A stretch of 64,000 bases of DNA from Phoronis australis (taxonomy: Eukaryota; Animalia; Phoronida), in the NCBI GenBank assembly GCA_002633005.1, contig NMRA01000565.1, positions 209,812 to 273,811 on the forward strand, in the 5' to 3' direction. Positions 1 to 14,200 of this stretch are shown here, in pieces (the stretch's first letter is position 1; each line of letters starts with the position of its first letter). A program made the position numbers and the translations under genes. The notes below the pieces were generated by a model. The model made no database searches. It was given only the letters and a program-made list of their open reading frames with translations, and was not told the DNA's origin.

Positions 1-3000
1 TGACGCCTTTCGACTGACGAAACTCATCATGTGTTGTAAATTTTTTGAATATAGGGGAGATAATATCTTTAAAACAAACAAGCTAACAAGCACGCAAACA
101 AGCAAAAAATTACTAAATCAGCAAACCAGCAAGCTTTGTCAGAATTAAAATTTCCAAAAATAGAATATTTCTTACCAGTTAGTTCCCTGAAACCAGTACT
201 CGTTAACTCCATACCCACTTTCAAGTACAATTTCTCAAAATCAAGATGGTCCGACGAACGAACTCATTTGAAAATTGTTGTAAACGCACTGAAATGGACT
301 CATCTCTTTATCGGTAGCTAAGAACAAAACCGTTCAAAGAATGACCCCCTCTGACAAACTTTCAACTGCATGGTTAACACGTTTTCAACAGCAGCGACGG
401 GTCATTTTCAATGTTGAAAAAGTGGCCCAGATAGTTTTCCACGGGGTAAAAATGTATTATTACACTGGCTCTCTGCATGACAACAACAGGGGAGTGTGGC
501 AATGAAACCTCAACCCCCGGCATTCGTTTAAGAATGAACAGCTCACTGCGTCAATGAAATGACAAGCCCCTTGCTTGAAAAGTGACCTTGATCGTGTGAC
601 CTTGTGGAGCGCCTCGGAGGTCACTTCTCAGGTATCGAGTTTCACCATATTAATTTTTTGGCGTTCCTGTTATCATTTTGCATCTCTCCTCAAGTTTCCT
701 TTGGTGTCCCATTTAGTCTCCTTCACAGACCCTCGAGGTTGGTTGGGGTCTGCTACAGGGCACTTTTCCATCCGCATTCTTGGAATATCATTGGCTGTTC
801 CGATTTCAAGAAAGAAGGCATTCTATTGGTCAGTTGTATAATAGGTCAAACTAGTTCACCAACATGGCGACTTCCAGTGAAAGAATGTCGGTGGATTTAC
901 AGCTGTTTAAATCTCTCTGTTTTGATCGAACTCCTGCATTTCAAAGCTAACGAGTCAAGGAATACATCACCAGTAACGTATACGAAACATTTTATGATAA
1001 TTGTCCAGTATACTATGCTGGATTCTGAAATAATGTGATTTTTTACGAAATAATTTTCCATTACCCCAGGCATAGCCACCCACAACAACAGTCGCGTACT
1101 ATAGCACCGAATAGCGGGAAAGGACTAGCTGAGTGCGTCGCGGCCACGGGAGATTGTCTCGATCTTTGCAGAGCACACCCTCTCGTATGTTAACATGTTT
1201 ATGTGCGTTATATAAGTTCCCGAGAATGCCGTGAAGGTTGAACTGGTGGGTCAGATAAGGATATAATACACTGTCACTGGCACACTTGTCACTTCTAACA
1301 GAAGTTTGGAGAATAAAAATAGTCAATGGTCCTAAACACGCAAACATTAATCAGTCTAGCAATAGTGTTACAATGACTGATTTTATCGCTTTTGGCGGTG
1401 CCATTCAGCAGTGCCTTTGACTGCCATCGTACAGTCATACGGAGTATTCAATTATTTCGGAGGTTGTTTGTTGCTGTGAAATTATGATTATACCCAATCT
1501 TTTTTATAATCAGCAAGATAAAACCTCACCCTTTTGTGAGTTGGCACAATCATTAAAACTGACCCATTTTGGTGGTAGCCTCAATGAAAGAGTCTACTTT
1601 TCTGATAAAATAATTACGCAAAGTTATTATTTACAGGGAATTGAATTTCAGCAAGAATCTCTCTGGGCTGTATTCTTTTTAACACAACAAGCCTCAGTTG
1701 TATATGAAACCTCCAGTGGTTTTGGTGGAAAAATGGATTATTTTATACAGTTCAAACCAAAAAGTAAATATTTTTGTGTGGAATTTATTTGGAATTTCGC
1801 CCTTTCATCACTCTAGAGGTGTATTCCCAAAACATGATCTAATAATCCCTTTTCAGGGTTTTAAATCAATCCATCAAGACTGAGCTAGAACCTGTTTAGC
1901 CCAAAAACATTTAAATACAATGTGGAGAATAAGAAAGCATCTGTATTAAAATGAACCCATTTTAAGTTACTTGTCCACAAAGTGTACCATTTTTAAGCTG
2001 CTATCAACCCAACCTTTTTTAGAACCGTCATGTAACAATATACGATTGGTCTCACTACCAACAATGTTGTTTTTGGCCTAAATAGTAGCACAAATCTAAT
2101 CAAATGGGTCGCATGGAGATTGGCATATCCAGCAATTGGATGTGGATACTAGTGTCTGGTGTCAGTCTTCGCGTGTGTGCTCATGGTTAAACTCTTGATC
2201 TCGTACTGTTCCTTACTGAGATTACATGTGGCATATTGGCTTCCGTTGAACGATAGTTTGTTATTGCTTAAGTTTTTCAGATCAAAATTTATTCTTTGTC
2301 ACATGCAATGCATTCATAGCACCTGTAAAGGAGTTTAATTCGAAGGAAATATTGAAGCCAGCAGACACCAGCTGATAAGCGCATTCTGAAATCAACAATT
2401 GTTCTTGTACTTTCCAATATGTTCAACCCACATTGTTAGTTATAGGGATAGGGTTCATTCCACCATCCTTGGGCTTTCAGGGTACTCTCCTTAAACCATT
2501 TCAAGGGGGTACTCCCACAGGTTTCTACAGAACATGACACTCAGCTGGGTGATTTCTTTCAAACAATTTCTCTTCAAAATGGTGCTTGAAAAAATCCCTA
2601 CCATAGAAAACTTCCCATGAATACAACGGGTTTCACTCTGGAAGTTAAAAACACTGCAAATGGTACCTTTTCCTACTGCAGAAGGGGTTTTATTACGATA
2701 CCTGTGTTTCTAAAACTTTGGGCACCAGACTCATTTTTGACAATAGGAATCTCTGAGCCGGCTTCTTCAAACTTTATTAGTGAAAAAGACAGCTGTCCAA
2801 GAATTACTACGAAAGAATTCAGTTGTTAGCATTAACCCTTATAAAAAGATCGTGCATTTGTAACATTTGGCTACATTTTCATTGAACTCCAAACCTCAGA
2901 TCACATACCTAATGTTTTTTACCCACTGTCTAAGTGGGTGGAGATTCTGATAGCACCAGATTATGCATAAAACTAAAGCTTAAGGCCCATTTGGGACATC

Positions 3001-3585
3001 TATTGGGTATTTTCGTAGCTACAAATTTATCCTCGGAAGATCTAGAGCACCTCGGCTATTTTCCTATTTACAAATTTTTCCTCGAAACACTTCGGTTATT
3101 TTCATAGCCTCGACTATCCTCTCAAAGATTAACGTTATCCAAAATATGGGAAGTCATGTGATTTTCAGTCTTGAGAATAATATGCTAACTGAACTCTGCA
3201 CACTTGCACAGTGCGTTCACCTATTAGGTGAAATTTGAGGTTACGAAAACACCCAAGGTGTTCTGGATGCCCTTGGAAGCAATTGTTTTCAGTGCATGCT
3301 CGAACTTTGGTCATTATGGCCAATTATTCTCCACTAAGTTTGAAAGTCAACGCACGTTAAATTCACCAAGGTGATTTGAATTGCTTAGGACCCTCAAGCT
3401 GTGCAGGATCCCACCTCGGGAAAAGGGAAGAAAATATTATGGCAACGAGGGGAGGGGTGTAGCTCAAGAATTGTTGCTACCTGGAAGGTCGAATATTGTG
3501 GTGTTCTAGGGAGTGAACACTGTGTAGGCCATGATTGCACAAAGTGGTGGAAATTGGGCTCCAGCTGTGTCTACTGTAACAATGC

Positions 3586-3742
3586 CAGTGACAGATTTGG
3601 GGGGGGGGGGGGCAAGGGGGCCATAGCGCAGCCTAAAGTTCTCCCAGATTCCATTTGGAAGTTTGAGGGTGCGAATTTCTGACAAGCAAAATACTCTGCC
3701 CCTGCCCCCCTCCCCCAACTCAAAATCCTGGATCCGCCCCTG
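3586..3742 (-). mobile_element. Short MITE family (caggggcggatcc...atccgccactg)
   Basis: Homologous copies at 19331-19486, 35208-35353 and 62392-62694. Confidence 0.7.
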
Positions 3743-6700
3743 CTGTAAAAGACCTAAACAATTCATAAAAAGCTTTCAAATCATGAAACTGAAAAATGCC
3801 AAGTGAAAAAGGTGAAGCCATTGTCAATTCAGGTTTATTTACATGATAAGGAATCGATAATTACATGAATTTCATCTCAGTTTGTTGATAACATAACAAT
3901 ATAAACAGCTACTTCACCAGAGACTTCGACCGCAAACGCAACCCAAAAATAAATTTTTACTCTTGCGACACCTAGCGACCTCATAACTTATTACCGGATA
4001 TAAGCATGCGCACGTCAACTTCCTGGTTAAAAATTGCCAGCTAACAGCCAATGAAATCCATCGTTCTAGTGCCCTGTACCTGAGCCTTCACAAGCAATCC
4101 GTGACGTCAGCTTGTGAGGCCCGGGAACCAGGTTAGTGTCCCATTTTGAAGTAGCGCCCTCTGGACGCGGAAGACGAAACACCGTTCATCCCAAACCTTC
4201 TGCCGCCCGGTTGCTTGACGGCAGGACTGGTTAGTTATACAAAACCGACCCTGAACCCCCCTCGGGTATAGCTGTTCCAGTGACACGTTTCCAATGCAAG
4301 TTTCCACAGATCCATGGGGTCATTTTACGTTCACCGCATTAATAGAGATGCTAGTAAAGAAAGACTCGGCGGAGTCACACCCGATCAAATAGCACAACGA
4401 AGCCATCAAGATTCTCGTACAATCCGCAGCTGGTTGCAATGGTTTAAGTTTGATACTTCTTTAGTTATCGTCTCGTCGTCATGCCAAGAAGTCGGGGAGA
4501 GGCTACATGGAAGAATAAAACATCTGGTAAGGGCCGGCAGTGCAGACATCGAAACTAAGCTATCGGTGTGGTTGGGGTTTCAGCCGCCAGGGGGCACGGT
4601 AGGATTGAACAATGGCAAATATCTGAGGGGCTTCAAAATCCTGTTTGGTTAGCACCACACGCCCAGTGACGCCTTCAGTAGGTAGACTAATTTTAGTGAT
4701 TCCTTCAAGAACATTACAGTAAACGTGCCGCAGCTACTGATGAATCCCGCCGGGCCGCATTCTGCCAGTGACAACACAGTTCCGTCCGAAATCCCAGTGC
4801 TCGTGTTTCCTGGGAGTAAATACAGTCCCATGTGTGACTGAACTAGTTTGGCAAATACAAAATTGTGCACCAGTGACGGGCATTCACTTTTGAATATGAC
4901 GTGACTTTCATGTAACCAAGAGTTTTAAGAAACAGTCATTCCATCCACCTTGCAAATGTTTTAATTTTACCTAATTTTTAGTACGCACTGGTGTGCGCCA
5001 TGCTGATGAATTTACGTATGTGGTAGGTACACCCCTTCCGTACAACACATCATGCATAACAAATATAGACACCGTCTTTTAAAAAAGCTAAGGGTACAAA
5101 GAAAGCTTTGTATAGAAGGTATGCATTGTACTGGTGTGGGGTTTTATTTTTGGATGAAAATAAATGCACACTCTCCCTGCCGCCACACGCTGCTGCTAAA
5201 GCGCAAAAATTTTTGTGAATGTGTTTCATGGAAAACTGGCTACATTGTCGGCTATTATCTTGTCTTTGGACGTCATAAACTATCTCTTCATTTTGACCAC
5301 TTTCCCATATAAAATTAATTGTTAGTTTACGCTGATCTGGCGAATGGCTACTGAGCTATACAATGAAAGGAGTAAAAGTTAGATAGTCAATTAAGATCAT
5401 GATCAGAGCACAGAACGACTGCTCAACACAAAAGGCTGATAACGAACTGTGAACTCAAGGTCACTCATATCTAATCCAAGTCAAGTGCTCGAAAACGAAA
5501 TTATTGTCAGCATTTCCTATTATACTTTTGTGCAAACTCGAGATAAGTGTCTGTTATTGTACGCTTGAGAACATAGTGGTATATTCATCAGTTCCTAGTC
5601 TAAGGTTGCACCTGGTGACTTTTATATTCGAGCTACAAACACGAATAACAACTCAAATTTTTGAGTTCAGACTCAGTCAAACTTTTAGCATTAACGCTGG
5701 GGTCATCGAGCGCAAACTAGGACGAGGCAGTTAATAATAAACACTTATTTTGAGTTGGCACTGAAGTAGAACAGAAAACGCCAAAAATAACTTTAAGTTT
5801 GTTTTCCAGTACTGAGAAAGATTAGAGCTGGACCCAAATTTACAGATGAAGAGTTTCACCCACTTTTCTTGAATTCAATGAAGGTTTAATGAATCCGTCA
5901 CGAGAATTAACATGATAAGATAATATTCGACATCCGACAATCCTATTTTATGCCAAGATCATTGGAAATATTTCACCAGAGAAATAGCGTCACCTACTTA
6001 CAGGCGGTCAACATCCGTGCCGTTCACGAATTCTCTTTGTGGTGAGGCCACGAACGTTGTGGAGAAGCAAAACACGTGAATTTGCAATGAGACAAAATTT
6101 AACCGGACACACGAAGCAAGAACCTGTGTTCATATTTGATGTGGTTGAAGACTTATAGTGAGGTAGCCCGGCCCCGGGTCCGTAGTCTATGCATGAATAT
6201 GTAAGTTAAACGAAGACATTTGTACCTGTTGTGACATTTGAAAAGGCATGGAACGCGAAAGCTCATAAAAATATCGTTTAAACAATTCCTGACGAAAGTA
6301 CCACCTCTCAACGTCTACTACAGAGCTATTCACTTTCCCCTGTGAGGGAATATTGAGAAAAATCACAAAATTCATGAGTTTTAAAATACTCGTTTAGGGA
6401 AAACCCTATAGTCACCAAAGAGTTTCTAATCTGTTCCCCACTGACAAAAGTGCGCATGCGATTAGTCATTTGATAAACAGCTGACTGACGAGATGCCTAT
6501 TTTAAACGACGGATTATGTGTGATTGCACTCCAAATTTGAGGTCGATAGCACGGTATGAGGCAAGGCAGTGAAGCAAGCGATTTCCCAAAAACGACGTGC
6601 TTTGCCTTGTGGGAGAAATGAGACGACGTGGCGAGCAGTTGACAGATCGTTTTTTTTTTAAATTTTAAGCTAAACATCAACAGAAAATCAATTTTTTTAC

Positions 6701-7957
6701 GAACAAACCGTAAAAATACCCGGTGAACAGGATGAAATCTGTTTCAGTGGCAGAGGAACTCTTTGAGTTATACAATTTAATTTGTTTTTCGCGTTCCAGG
6801 CCTCTTTAAGAACCACTAGCACTTACCAAAAGATAGACCAAACACACAATAATGCAAGTATTTCAATTCGTTTTTACCAATTGCACAGTTTTCAAATGCG
6901 TATTTCTGTCGTGCATGTCGTTTTTCCAAGCTTATTTACTAAGACAAATTTCAGATTTACGGACTTTGACACTTGTGGAACTAAAACTACGGATTAAAAA
7001 GTAGTGTCTATGCAAAACAGCGTTTATGACCCGAACCATGAGTACTGCAGGTACTTTGAAAGACGCTCAGGCTAACTCATTGGTTATTTCTGACCAGTCC
7101 AAAGGAACATAGCAAATTTTCTTATAGTAAATTTGTAAACAAGTGAAATGTTTCATGAATGCGATTACAAAAATCTTTTTAATGCAACATATAATTTAAA
7201 ATCATGCCCAATCCCCAACTTTCTTTAATGTACTACACTGTGTCTTGGCACTAGTTCTGCACTCATCCGTCAGTTTACATATAAATCGAAAGATACGTGA
7301 ATGAGTCAGAAACCAGGAACAGGCAGAAAGCTTGGACGAATCCGCAAATATAATAAATGGCTCTAAACATTCTTATATATTTCTTTAAACGGGAAAATCT
7401 GCTTAGAATCCTTATTTTATACAAAAGTATGAAAAATGAGAGTAACGCTACTCGAGTGTATAGAAGATACTTTTGTTCTGAAAAAGAACACTGGACGGTG
7501 ACCGTAAATTGCACCTATTTTTGGCAATTTGTAACAAAATTTTCTTGTTTTATACTAACTTCAAGAAGTCTGTCCCATTCAAGAAATGCGTTTTCTGACA
7601 TAAAATCGGTGTCTCTTAAAGGCACACAGGATTTTATGAGCTATTCACTGAGAGTTAGGCGTTACTAAAGTGAGGTCTACAGGTGCACAGATAACGTGGA
7701 CTGTCCTGCTGACTAGCTGAGGCGAATGGCCAAGATAATTTCGTAGACGGATACACGAGAATAGTCGCACCCTTCACATCATGATGTTGAAATCTTTGAG
7801 ACGATTGAAGGAAGTTGTATCTCAACACAATTTAGTGCAGCAATCGTTCTCGCGTATTGGAAGACAGTATAAAGCTGGCCAAATCTCATCTGAATCGCAG
7901 CCCCAACGTGTTCCTTGCTTCAGCTCAGATACCACTGGCTGAGGTAATGCGTAACTG

Positions 7958-8253
7958 CTATCTTCTCTGAGCAGGACTCATGACAATCTCATATTCGCTC
8001 TCGTTATCTTCTACACTTATACCTTGCAGTTTCTCATACTCTTCCTGTATATACCCCTCCCTGTTTGCCAGTCCTTCATAAACGGAGGCTCGTGTCACGT
8101 TGACGTACGCCGCGTCCTCAGGTTGTAAATGGACAGGGGCTTGCAATTCTGAGTAGGCTTCATTTTCTTCACCCTGAGCTCCGACATCTGGGTCAGGTGT
8201 ATCCACCATCTCTATCTTTTCCAGCATAGTTCGGTTGCGGCCAAGAGGTACAC
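7958..8253 (-). CDS. Copy A last exon: acidic tail with multiple YxxL/V motifs
   Basis: ctttgacag| acceptor; contains AYSEL, AYVNV, SVYEGL, EYEKL, EYEIV; stop at 7958. Confidence 0.85.
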
Positions 8254-11200
8254 CTGTCAAAGTATAATGTTGTGGGTATCGTATAATGAAATATTCCAAG
8301 ATGTCACACTGAAACCAAACCCAGACATTCATTCTCTGAATAAAACTTGACAATGGTGGATGTTATACCGCCGAAACATGTCGCTGCATTTTAGAAAAGT
8401 TGTTGGCTTAATTCAAACTTTGTTTGTGTTCGGCAGTGTAAGATCTTTCGGTAACAGCACATTTTTGTGCTATGGAGAAAGCTAAAATTAACATTTATGG
8501 TTAGTAACGACATTTTGGGACAAGTTACAGAGTATTCTGTGCAGTAATTGAAAAGATCATGTATATGAAAGTTTTTAGCGAGGTTTCGAAAACATAACCG
8601 ACATGAGTGCGGTTGTGGTGAAAACACTTACCTATTAGCCTCACTAACAAGTCGTCAATGGAAAGTTCCTCCATAGAGTTTGTTGCAAGCTGTTCTCCGT
8701 CGACTGCTGGACGAGCAGGTCTACGCACTCGCAATCTCAATGACTCAAGCAAAGTAGCAACGTCTATATCTAAAAATGAGGTTTATTTTATACCATAGAG
8801 GGAATTTTGAATTAAAATTATCAAAAGACAATTGTTAAAAAAGAAATGACAATTTTGAAGTTGAAATGTAATTTTGCTTACCAGGTCTCCCGCAAGCAGC
8901 ACTTGTAAACTCCGTTTCAACCTAACAATACAAATTCTCATAGTTAATTCTCGATCCAATAATTGGCAGCCTTTGCTGTGCACTGAATTTGGACGGAAAT
9001 TGTTTCAGTTTCGCTTTTTCTTTCTTCCTCGAGCGACGTTATAGCGACTCGGTTGCGCCTTGATATGCAACTATATTGTACGGCCTGTGCACACGCGAGA
9101 AGTGTGATCATTAGACAGTCCCAACGTCTCAACCGGCCGAGTAGTTGTTTTTATGGACAACTTGTAAATGTGACCAAAAAAACACTCATGATGTAGATGT
9201 ACCTTGGGGGCTCACATAAGACGCATCATGCAGTGCTATTTCCCACCTTAATACTTACTGGACACGGTTGAGTGCTTTATAGAGGATCATTTTCCACACA
9301 AACTCATCCGTAAAAACATTTGGCAATTTTCAAGCTACGTCATATGCACATGTTGTGTTTCTAACTTATTTGACCACGCAATCACAGATAAGGAATTAGC
9401 GTGGAAGTTCCAATTTAAAACTCTTCCCAGATCAAACACCTACTCCCACAATCATTTTTTTTCTTCGAACAGTCCTTCAGTTCCCAAATCGGTAACTGAT
9501 CCTTTTTTCACCGAACGACGGGCTGTTCAAAGAAAAGTTTGATTGCGGTAGTATTTGTTCGAGCTGGGAGAGTTTATCAACGAACTCTTAAGATGTCCTC
9601 TATGCCGTGCAAGAGGTATTTATGAGCAACATGACTTTGATGCTTTAATCAGTGTGGGGCATAATTCGTCGAAAACCATCTGGCATACATGTATGGCGGC
9701 CCTATGGGGTGTGGTCAACTTTTTACAAGGGCGATTTGAGACGGTGGCACTATGTATAGTGATCACGCGCTTAACTTGTAAATTGCATGGCAATATCTCA
9801 CGAAAATTTGCCCGATTTAGTTTCCAAGTTTCTTGTGTCTGCAAAACACAACCCTGGTATTCGTCATTTTTCGTACGACGTCATAATGTGTCTATATAAG
9901 CTCAGCTGACCTGTAGTAATCACTGTACATGATAATGTCACACGCAAATGGACGAAAATGGACATCACTCACAGTTGATCCAGAGCAACGCGTATTTACA
10001 CGAAACAACATAAACCTGGAACAACTGGCGCCCAAATTCAGTGGAATGAAAACGAGACAACACCTTCAAACAATTTCTCAGGGTATGGGCAGGGATTGAG
10101 TTCAACCTCACTTTGACACAAACATAAAACAGTGTACAGGTTCCAGTACGGAAAATACCTTCACCCTATGCAAGAATACTCAGACGTCATAATGCTTTTT
10201 GCTTCCCCTGCACAGGCCCTCAGTGACTTGAGATAAGTACATGTATAACAATCTATTTTTCGCTTTCCATTCCTAAGGGAGGCCACAGATACCAACTCTC
10301 TCCTTCCGGTCGCTATCGACCTCACGTTGTCACCGGCCCTAAGTCCTCACCGATGTCACGCTGCCGCCATTCGGTCGTCACCAATTCTGTGCCCTCTTAC
10401 AACAATTTACTTCGTAAGCCAACACTGGCGTATTAATCTTTGGCTTAGATTAGGACAGATTAAGTCTAAGGCAACAGTTCATGTATCCCGAAATGAAGAA
10501 TGAGAACGGGTAAAATTTGACGAAAATTTTGTGGACTAAATGGTATTTGGAAGTTCATTGGAGTTTCTTTTTAGTAGATAAAGTATAGAAATTTAGAGCT
10601 TTTGCTCCTAAAGAGCCGAGGCTAAATTTCTACCTGTATACAGACGTCGCGGCATTTTCAAAGCACTACGTTGTTAAGTGAGGAATTTTTGGCACGAATG
10701 CAAGTACCCTTTAGACAAGTGGAAATGGGAAAAGTCTGTTTGGGATTGACGTATTTTAACATGAATGTCTGGAATGTGGAGTGCAGGAACAAATGGATTA
10801 TGGTCTCCTCTCACTCACCGCAGCAGTCATGAACTTCTGATTTTAGGTACACTGAAGAAGGATATATTTCCTGGTCATTTTTGGAATCTAAAATATTTTC
10901 CGGTGCACTTAGAAACTCAAACAGACGCGACTTTTCTGATTTTTTTCATCTTTGAGAAACCCCATTGAATGTGCCATTTTCCCAGTGTCATATTGACTCA
11001 GACCAGTGATAACGTTAAAATCAGCCATGAAACTGTGGTCTTTGTCCTCATCTCCACAAGTAACCAGATGCGACATTTTCAGACCCAAAATCATTTATTT
11101 ATTATTTATTATTGTGATATTTAAAATGAGGGTGGCCTCTTCGGTGATAGCACTGCTTTCCAAGAGGGCCCTCATGATGTTACATTGTTATACTGTAACA

Positions 11201-14200
11201 TCGGACTCAAAGGCAATGCCAAGCGACTATAGGACTGTTTATAATAACTTCTTTGGCTCCCCTTCGATAAATTGCCCTTTTGTAGAACTATTTTTGAGTG
11301 GAATCACACAGTGTTGTCGATTTCCACGACACGTTTGGCAGTTCTAGGAGAGACAACTCGAGGACGAGGCGGTCACGCCACCTGGTATCTACCCCCCATC
11401 TGTACATCCACTTGGCAGACCACCCACCGCACTTATTTTTGTTGCAACAAAAGTTTTGCCATTATATTTTGAGAGGCGAACAAAAGGTTGTTGGGTTGTT
11501 TACCGGCAACGCTTGGAGATTTGCAAACAATGGCACGTTTGGCCGGTTTGCTCACGAAAGTCTCGCACCAATATTCCTGCATAGAAGCTAACCACCTGCG
11601 TACTACATAATTTAGTCAAAGATTCCAACGATCGCCTTTGTAGAAACGAGATGGCTCAACTCAAGGGTGAAATTACTAAAACAGTACTCAATACAACTTG
11701 TTCCTTTACGGGGTCTGCTAAGGTTTCTGAAGTCACAGAAAAAAGAACGAGTTCGTGAAATGACCTCACCGTCTTGTTTGTACACGTGACAACGTATGCG
11801 CTGGATGCAACTTCTGATGTCTGATGTAAAGATGGCCGCGCCGGTCGTTTCGCACATGATCGACAAATACTAAAGAAAAAAAAAGTAATTATATTTAAAT
11901 ACAGAGAGCCCAAGATCAAACTGTTATTTTTAGCCATTGCACCGTTCATCATTCATCCACGAGATGCATATTTAGCCACGGCAATATAAGAAATAAAGAC
12001 AATCTGTTTTGTCAAAAATAAGTTGCCTCAAATATTCCTAACGTGGTGAAGTTCTTTGCATTGCCAAAAAGTACAGCGGAGACATTACGTTGGAGACGAT
12101 GAGATACTTTCAATTCCCGTTTTACCATTTTCATATATACATGTATTTAAATTTGAGATGACAGTTCAGATGAAGCGATTATGAGGATCACTACTTTTGC
12201 TAAAGACATAAATTTCAACACAAAACGGCAAAATCAGCGACCTCATCTAGCAACCAGATTCCAAATTCATCTTCCGCAAGGACATTGAGAATCGATTCCA
12301 ATAACGTCTTGTACATGTATCTGGGCACTACACACGGACGGCGCAAACAAACACTCTTCCTACTGAGAATATCCCCAAACAGACATCAAATTGTGTAATA
12401 CTATGCCCATAGGCAAGGACAACTTATTGGAGTCACAGTTCAGCTGCTAATAGTATCCGGAGGTGTTTGTTCTTTAAACGTGCGCCAGACCCTTCCTCTC
12501 TTAGAGAGAAGCGATAGTTAGATGCCCGACATTTATTTATTTCAGTCCTACGGCAGGCCAACGTAGGATATCGTACAATATGGGAAACGAAAAAAATCGC
12601 CCAAGCCAATCGTCGGCTCTAAACTAGTGTGGGTTATTACACGATGTTATGTATGATTTTGCACACCACTTGCAACATTGTGTTTTCCTAGACGGCACCT
12701 AGACGACATGACGACCCAGCTTACAAAAGCGAGACGCTTCTATTAGAAGGGTGCCTCTGTTAGAGGGCGCTTCTGTTTTAGACCCGACTATTATCAAAAA
12801 CTTTTCGGTACGTTTCCCAAAATAAACAGTGTCAGGGAGACACAGAATACTTTTGGTAGGTTTTGACATGTCTACATCTTAACTGGGGGTAGCCTCGGTA
12901 CCATTAAATTTTTAAAACAAATACCCGCTTCTTCCAAATCCAAGCAGCATGAGGATTTTTCTTCGCATGAGAATCAGCATAATGGCGAGCAACAAAATGA
13001 TCACTGCACACAGTGAGATGGTAATGCCAACGTTTGCATCACATGTTGAGTCTTCTTGTAGACTGGGAACTGAAAATACAGGTCGGATACATTATTACAG
13101 AAACTGTATTGGTAAGCAACCAGCATTTGGATGTTAAATATCATAAACTGGATACAATATTGTACATGTCTAGGAACGTTCAAAGTATTTGGGAAGTAAT
13201 GAGGCGAAAAATCGGTCGGACAGGCACAAGAAGACCTTCAACATCCAAGTTTGTACGTACACGAAAACACATAGGAAAACTGGAACGTTGTAAAACGTTA
13301 CGATACATTGCAGAAAAGAAATTTAAAACGACGCGTACCTTCTGTTCCCAGTGTTGTTCGCACGATGATCGTGCGTCTCAAAAGGAATTTTATTAATGCA
13401 TCTGAAGAGATTTAATAGCTTTTAGTATTTCTGTTGCTATGAAACAAGCCAAAAATTAAAAAAACATATTTTTCTGTAATTGGGTTTGTATGAAATGGGT
13501 GGAAGACCGTCTCCGCCGTTGTTGTTTTCGCCAGTGCGATACTGAGGAGTTGTGAGGAAAGTCCACCTCGAACAGCCTTTTTCAGACAAGAAAAGGTGTG
13601 TTTGTTGAGGCTTTGATAACAGCAACTTGATTAAGAACGTGTCTGTGTTCAAATTTCCTATACACGTGAAAGTTGTACGGAAATGGCATCGGTTTGTGCG
13701 CCGCACGAGAGTGCAGAATGTCAGTGTGGAACAAGCAATTCAGTCGGAAGCCACTGCACACTTTGTTTGGCACATTTCAAAGAATCGTGTCTTGATCACA
13801 CACAAAAACGGTGTCACGATGAAGGACTCGCCACCTTGTAAGTGCATTCTTAAATTTTATAAATAATGAACAAACTGCTTCGATTCTAGAGCGAGTGATG
13901 CCAGGATCTCCACCCCGGCCCAGATTGGCTCATTCCTCATGGCAATAGTGAATACGAGTAACCCAGGTTTCCCTGTGGCCTTTGTCTGTGATTATTAAGC
14001 GTCTATTTTGTGAATATTAACGGATTGTTCTGAAACCCCTTCGATCCCAGACCCCTCAACCCCCTCGACCCACAACCCCCTCGANCATTTCTCGTGCAAG
14101 TGGGTCGAGTTCGTACGGCCCCAAAGTTGACGAAAGTTCGCTAAATGGGAAATCAAATTCATTGTCTGATTCTTCAACTTCAGTGTTATGCCCTTATCAA

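Noticed and set aside
136-3400. Short ORFs from the six-frame track
   Set aside because: No domain signatures or splice support; frames are not preserved in the duplicate unit where one exists.
4100-4650. ORFs 4314-4652 and 40245-40550 shared between the duplicate units
   Set aside because: The frames shift between copies, there is no recognisable domain or splice pattern, and similarity is explained by the duplication.
9259-9335. Conserved gtaagt donor (also at ~46179) suggesting an extra cytoplasmic exon
   Set aside because: No acceptor gives the same open, phase-compatible exon in both copies, and exons 7 and 8 already join in frame.
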